Positions 61,617-64,000 of a DNA stretch of 64,000 bases are shown here, in pieces. Within the stretch, counting starts at the first letter, position 1. The number at the start of each line of letters is the position of its first letter. A program made the translations under genes and the position numbers. The notes beneath the pieces were generated by a model. That model searched no databases. It saw nothing but the letters and a program-made list of their open reading frames with translations, and was not told where the DNA came from. Origin of the DNA: an uncultured Gammaproteobacteria bacterium (GTDB lineage: Bacteria > Patescibacteriota > Patescibacteriia > Magasanikbacterales > UBA922); NCBI GenBank assembly GCA_964597575.1, contig CAZQXB010000001.1, forward strand, positions 964 to 64,963. The letters are read 5' to 3'.

Positions 61617-62859
61617 TATTCTCACCGCCATTCAAATTGCCCTCACGACCATGCGAAAAAATAAATCGCGCGTGGGCTTAACGATGTTTGGTATTGTGAT
61701 TGGGATTTCCATGGTGATTATCGTTTTGTCGGCAGGAGCCGGAGTCAAAGGTCTTGTTTTGGGGCAACTCTCCTCTTTTGGAAATGATTGGGTGAATATC
61801 GATGTTAAAATCCCCTCAACCGGAAAAAACTCTGGGCAAAATGCGAATGGACAAGCACGGGGAGTTACGATTACTACACTCACCTACGAAGATGCGCAGG
61901 CAGTAAAGAAAATACAAAATGTGGCGGCCGCATACGCTGCGGTAACGAACCAAGCGACCATTGCCTACGGCAACGAAACCGAGCGCCCTATTATTTTTGG
62001 CGTAACGGCAGATTACCCGAGCATTGATACGGGAAAAATTGCTGCTGGGCGATTCTTTACCGAAGATGAAGAACGAGGGGCCGCTGAAGTTATTGTGCTT
62101 GGAAGTGCGGTGGCTGAATCACTTTTCGGGAATGATGATGCGAATGAACGATTCGTTACTGTCAACAAAAAAAGTTATCGCGTTATTGGTGTCATGGAGG
62201 AACGAGGCGTAACCGGATTTTTCAATTTTGATGAAACCGTCTATATTCCTCTCCGCACAGTTCAAAAGAAAATCATGAACATTAACCACGTTCTCTGGAT
62301 TACAACAAAGGTAAAAGATAATACTCAAAGCGAATCCACGGCCGCTGAAATTCGAAGCGTACTTCGCGAACGCCACGACATTACTGATCCGGATAAAGAT
62401 GATTTCGGGGTAACCACAATGACGGAGTCGATCGCCATTGTTGATACGGTTTTTACTGGTATTACCTGGCTTCTTATTGCGCTAGCTGCGATCTCACTGC
62501 TTGTGGGTGGGGTCGGTATTATGAATGTGATGTACGTTTCAGTCGTAGAGCGTACCTTTGAAATTGGCCTTCGAAAAGCTGCTGGGGCCACACGCAAACA
62601 CATTCTTACTCAGTTTCTGACCGAAGCTGTGGGAATTACCTTTGTGGGAGGCATCTTAGGAATGATCATTGGAATCGCAATCTCATTTCTTATTTCGGTT
62701 ATTGCCCAAGCACTTGATTTTGACTGGAAATTCTATGTCTCCCCTTTTTCTGTGCTTTTGGCCGTGGGTTTTTCTTCAGGAGTAGGAATTCTCTTTGGAC
62801 TTTACCCGGCCAGAAAAGCAGCAGCGCTTGACCCTATGGTGGCAATTCGGCAGGAATAA
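61609..62859 (+). CDS. ABC transporter permease, FtsX/MacB family (second copy)
   Basis: Paralog of the preceding gene, with an ATGAGTAA overlap. The start was chosen at MSNILTAIQ. Confidence 0.85.
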   Translation: MSNILTAIQIALTTMRKNKSRVGLTMFGIVIGISMVIIVLSAGAGVKGLVLGQLSSFGNDWVNIDVKIPSTGKNSGQNANGQARGVTITTLTYEDAQAVKKIQNVAAAYAAVTNQATIAYGNETERPIIFGVTADYPSIDTGKIAAGRFFTEDEERGAAEVIVLGSAVAESLFGNDDANERFVTVNKKSYRVIGVMEERGVTGFFNFDETVYIPLRTVQKKIMNINHVLWITTKVKDNTQSESTAAEIRSVLRERHDITDPDKDDFGVTTMTESIAIVDTVFTGITWLLIALAAISLLVGGVGIMNVMYVSVVERTFEIGLRKAAGATRKHILTQFLTEAVGITFVGGILGMIIGIAISFLISVIAQALDFDWKFYVSPFSVLLAVGFSSGVGILFGLYPARKAAALDPMVAIRQE

Positions 62860-62929
62860 TATTCAGTCGCCGGCTTTCATATTTTACAAAAAAGTAAAGT
62901 ATGAACTTGTCTACTGAATAACCCCTTGT

Positions 62930-63520
62930 ATGCAACCAAACCCCAAACGCATCCTTATTATTAATGCCCACCCACGACCAGGGTCGTTTACCGATGCTAT
63001 TGTTCAAGCCTATGCCGAAGGTGCTGAATGCCGCAACCACGACACCACTATTGTTACTTTACGCGAACTTCGTTTTGACCCAAATTTAAAATCGGGATAC
63101 CGCGATAATGTTCTTGAGCCTGATCTCGTGGCCGGGCAGCAGTACATAAAAGACTGCACACACCTCGTTATCGTGACCCCGGTCTGGTGGCTTGGCCTTC
63201 CTGCCCTTTTAAAGGGGTACTTTGACCGTATCCTTACCCCGGGTTTTGCGTACAAATATGAAAAATCGATCCTTCCTTTTCCAAAACGCCTCCTCAAGGG
63301 CCGTTCCGCACGTGTGATCTACACCCAAGGAGGGCCGAAGTACCTTACCTTCACTTTAGGCTTTGACTCTTTCTGGAAAGCCTTAAAGTATGGTACGCTC
63401 ATCTTCTCAGGGTTTGGGCCGGTACGCCGTACCTATATGGGGAATGTGCCAAAATCCACCCTGGAGCAACGTACGAATTTTCTGAGGAAAGTCCGTCGTT
63501 TAGGAGAGATGGCCCGCTAA
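62930..63520 (+). CDS. Flavodoxin-like-fold NAD(P)H oxidoreductase (NQO1/azoreductase-like)
   Basis: ILIINAHPRPGSFTDAIVQAY...VIVTPVWW. Confidence 0.75.
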   Translation: MQPNPKRILIINAHPRPGSFTDAIVQAYAEGAECRNHDTTIVTLRELRFDPNLKSGYRDNVLEPDLVAGQQYIKDCTHLVIVTPVWWLGLPALLKGYFDRILTPGFAYKYEKSILPFPKRLLKGRSARVIYTQGGPKYLTFTLGFDSFWKALKYGTLIFSGFGPVRRTYMGNVPKSTLEQRTNFLRKVRRLGEMAR

Positions 63521-63545
63521 TATATACCTCTTTTTATGAAAAAAT

Positions 63546-64000
63546 CTCTCGTTATCTGGATTGTCCTTGGTCTTCTTATCGCAGCAGGGTTAGTGAGCAT
63601 CTTAGTCCGATCGGGCAAAGTCGAAACACTCCCTCTTGATCGAAGCACAACCGGAGACTGGGTCAAAGGATCTTCCTATGCTAATGTGACGCTTATTGAG
63701 TATGGGGACTTCCAATGCCCTGCTTGTGCGGCATACAGTGGGATGGTCGGCGAAATTGCTGAAACCTACGGTCCAAATATTACCATTGTTTTCCGCCACT
63801 TCCCTTTGACTCAAATCCACCGCAACGCCTTTCTCGGGGCACAGGCTGCTGAGGCTGCTGGCCGACAAGGGAAATTTTGGGAGATGCACGACAAGCTTTT
63901 TCTTGAACAAGGCCAGTGGAGTGAGGCAAGAAATGCTCGTGATCTTTTCCGCCAATACGCAGAACAACTTGGTTTGAATGCGGATACATTTGCTGCAGAC
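63546..64000 (+). CDS. DsbA-family thiol:disulfide oxidoreductase, with a TM anchor and CPAC active site; truncated at the window end
   Basis: The active-site region reads LIEYGDFQCPACAAY. Confidence 0.7.

Overview
This window is a compact, mostly AT-rich (~42-45% GC) bacterial chromosome segment that looks like a small-genome, CPR/Patescibacteria-like organism; that attribution is inferred from gene content and rRNA organisation, not proven. Recognisable housekeeping genes include rpoB and rpoC, pnp, rpsO, ruvC, yebC, recA, ftsK, fbaA, rlmH, a photolyase, a KamA-family radical SAM enzyme, YvcK, and two pseudouridine synthases. A 23S-5S rRNA operon lies on the minus strand with no 16S gene; the 23S carries a ~357-nt intron-like insertion at about E. 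coli position 2500. There are four tRNAs (Ile-UAU, Arg-CCG, Leu-UAG, Ser-CGA), an O-antigen-type flippase and ligase pair, and an AbrB-HlyD-ABC-FtsX-FtsX efflux operon. The most unusual feature is a family of three ~180-230-nt structured modules fused to the 3' ends of the Arg, Leu and Ser tRNA genes. Each module contains a long perfect hairpin, a segment antisense to the T-arm of its own host tRNA, a conserved core hairpin with compensatory base changes, a direct repeat of the host tRNA's last ~14-15 nt, and an intrinsic terminator. Other notable features are about eight short GC-rich (~58-60%) single-gene islands inserted between AT-rich core genes; these encode an ECF sigma factor, a metzincin-like protease, lipoproteins and membrane proteins. 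A translationally coupled operon of four small membrane proteins and a 33-aa lysine/arginine-rich ORF are also present. No CRISPR array, reverse transcriptase, transposase or integrase was seen.
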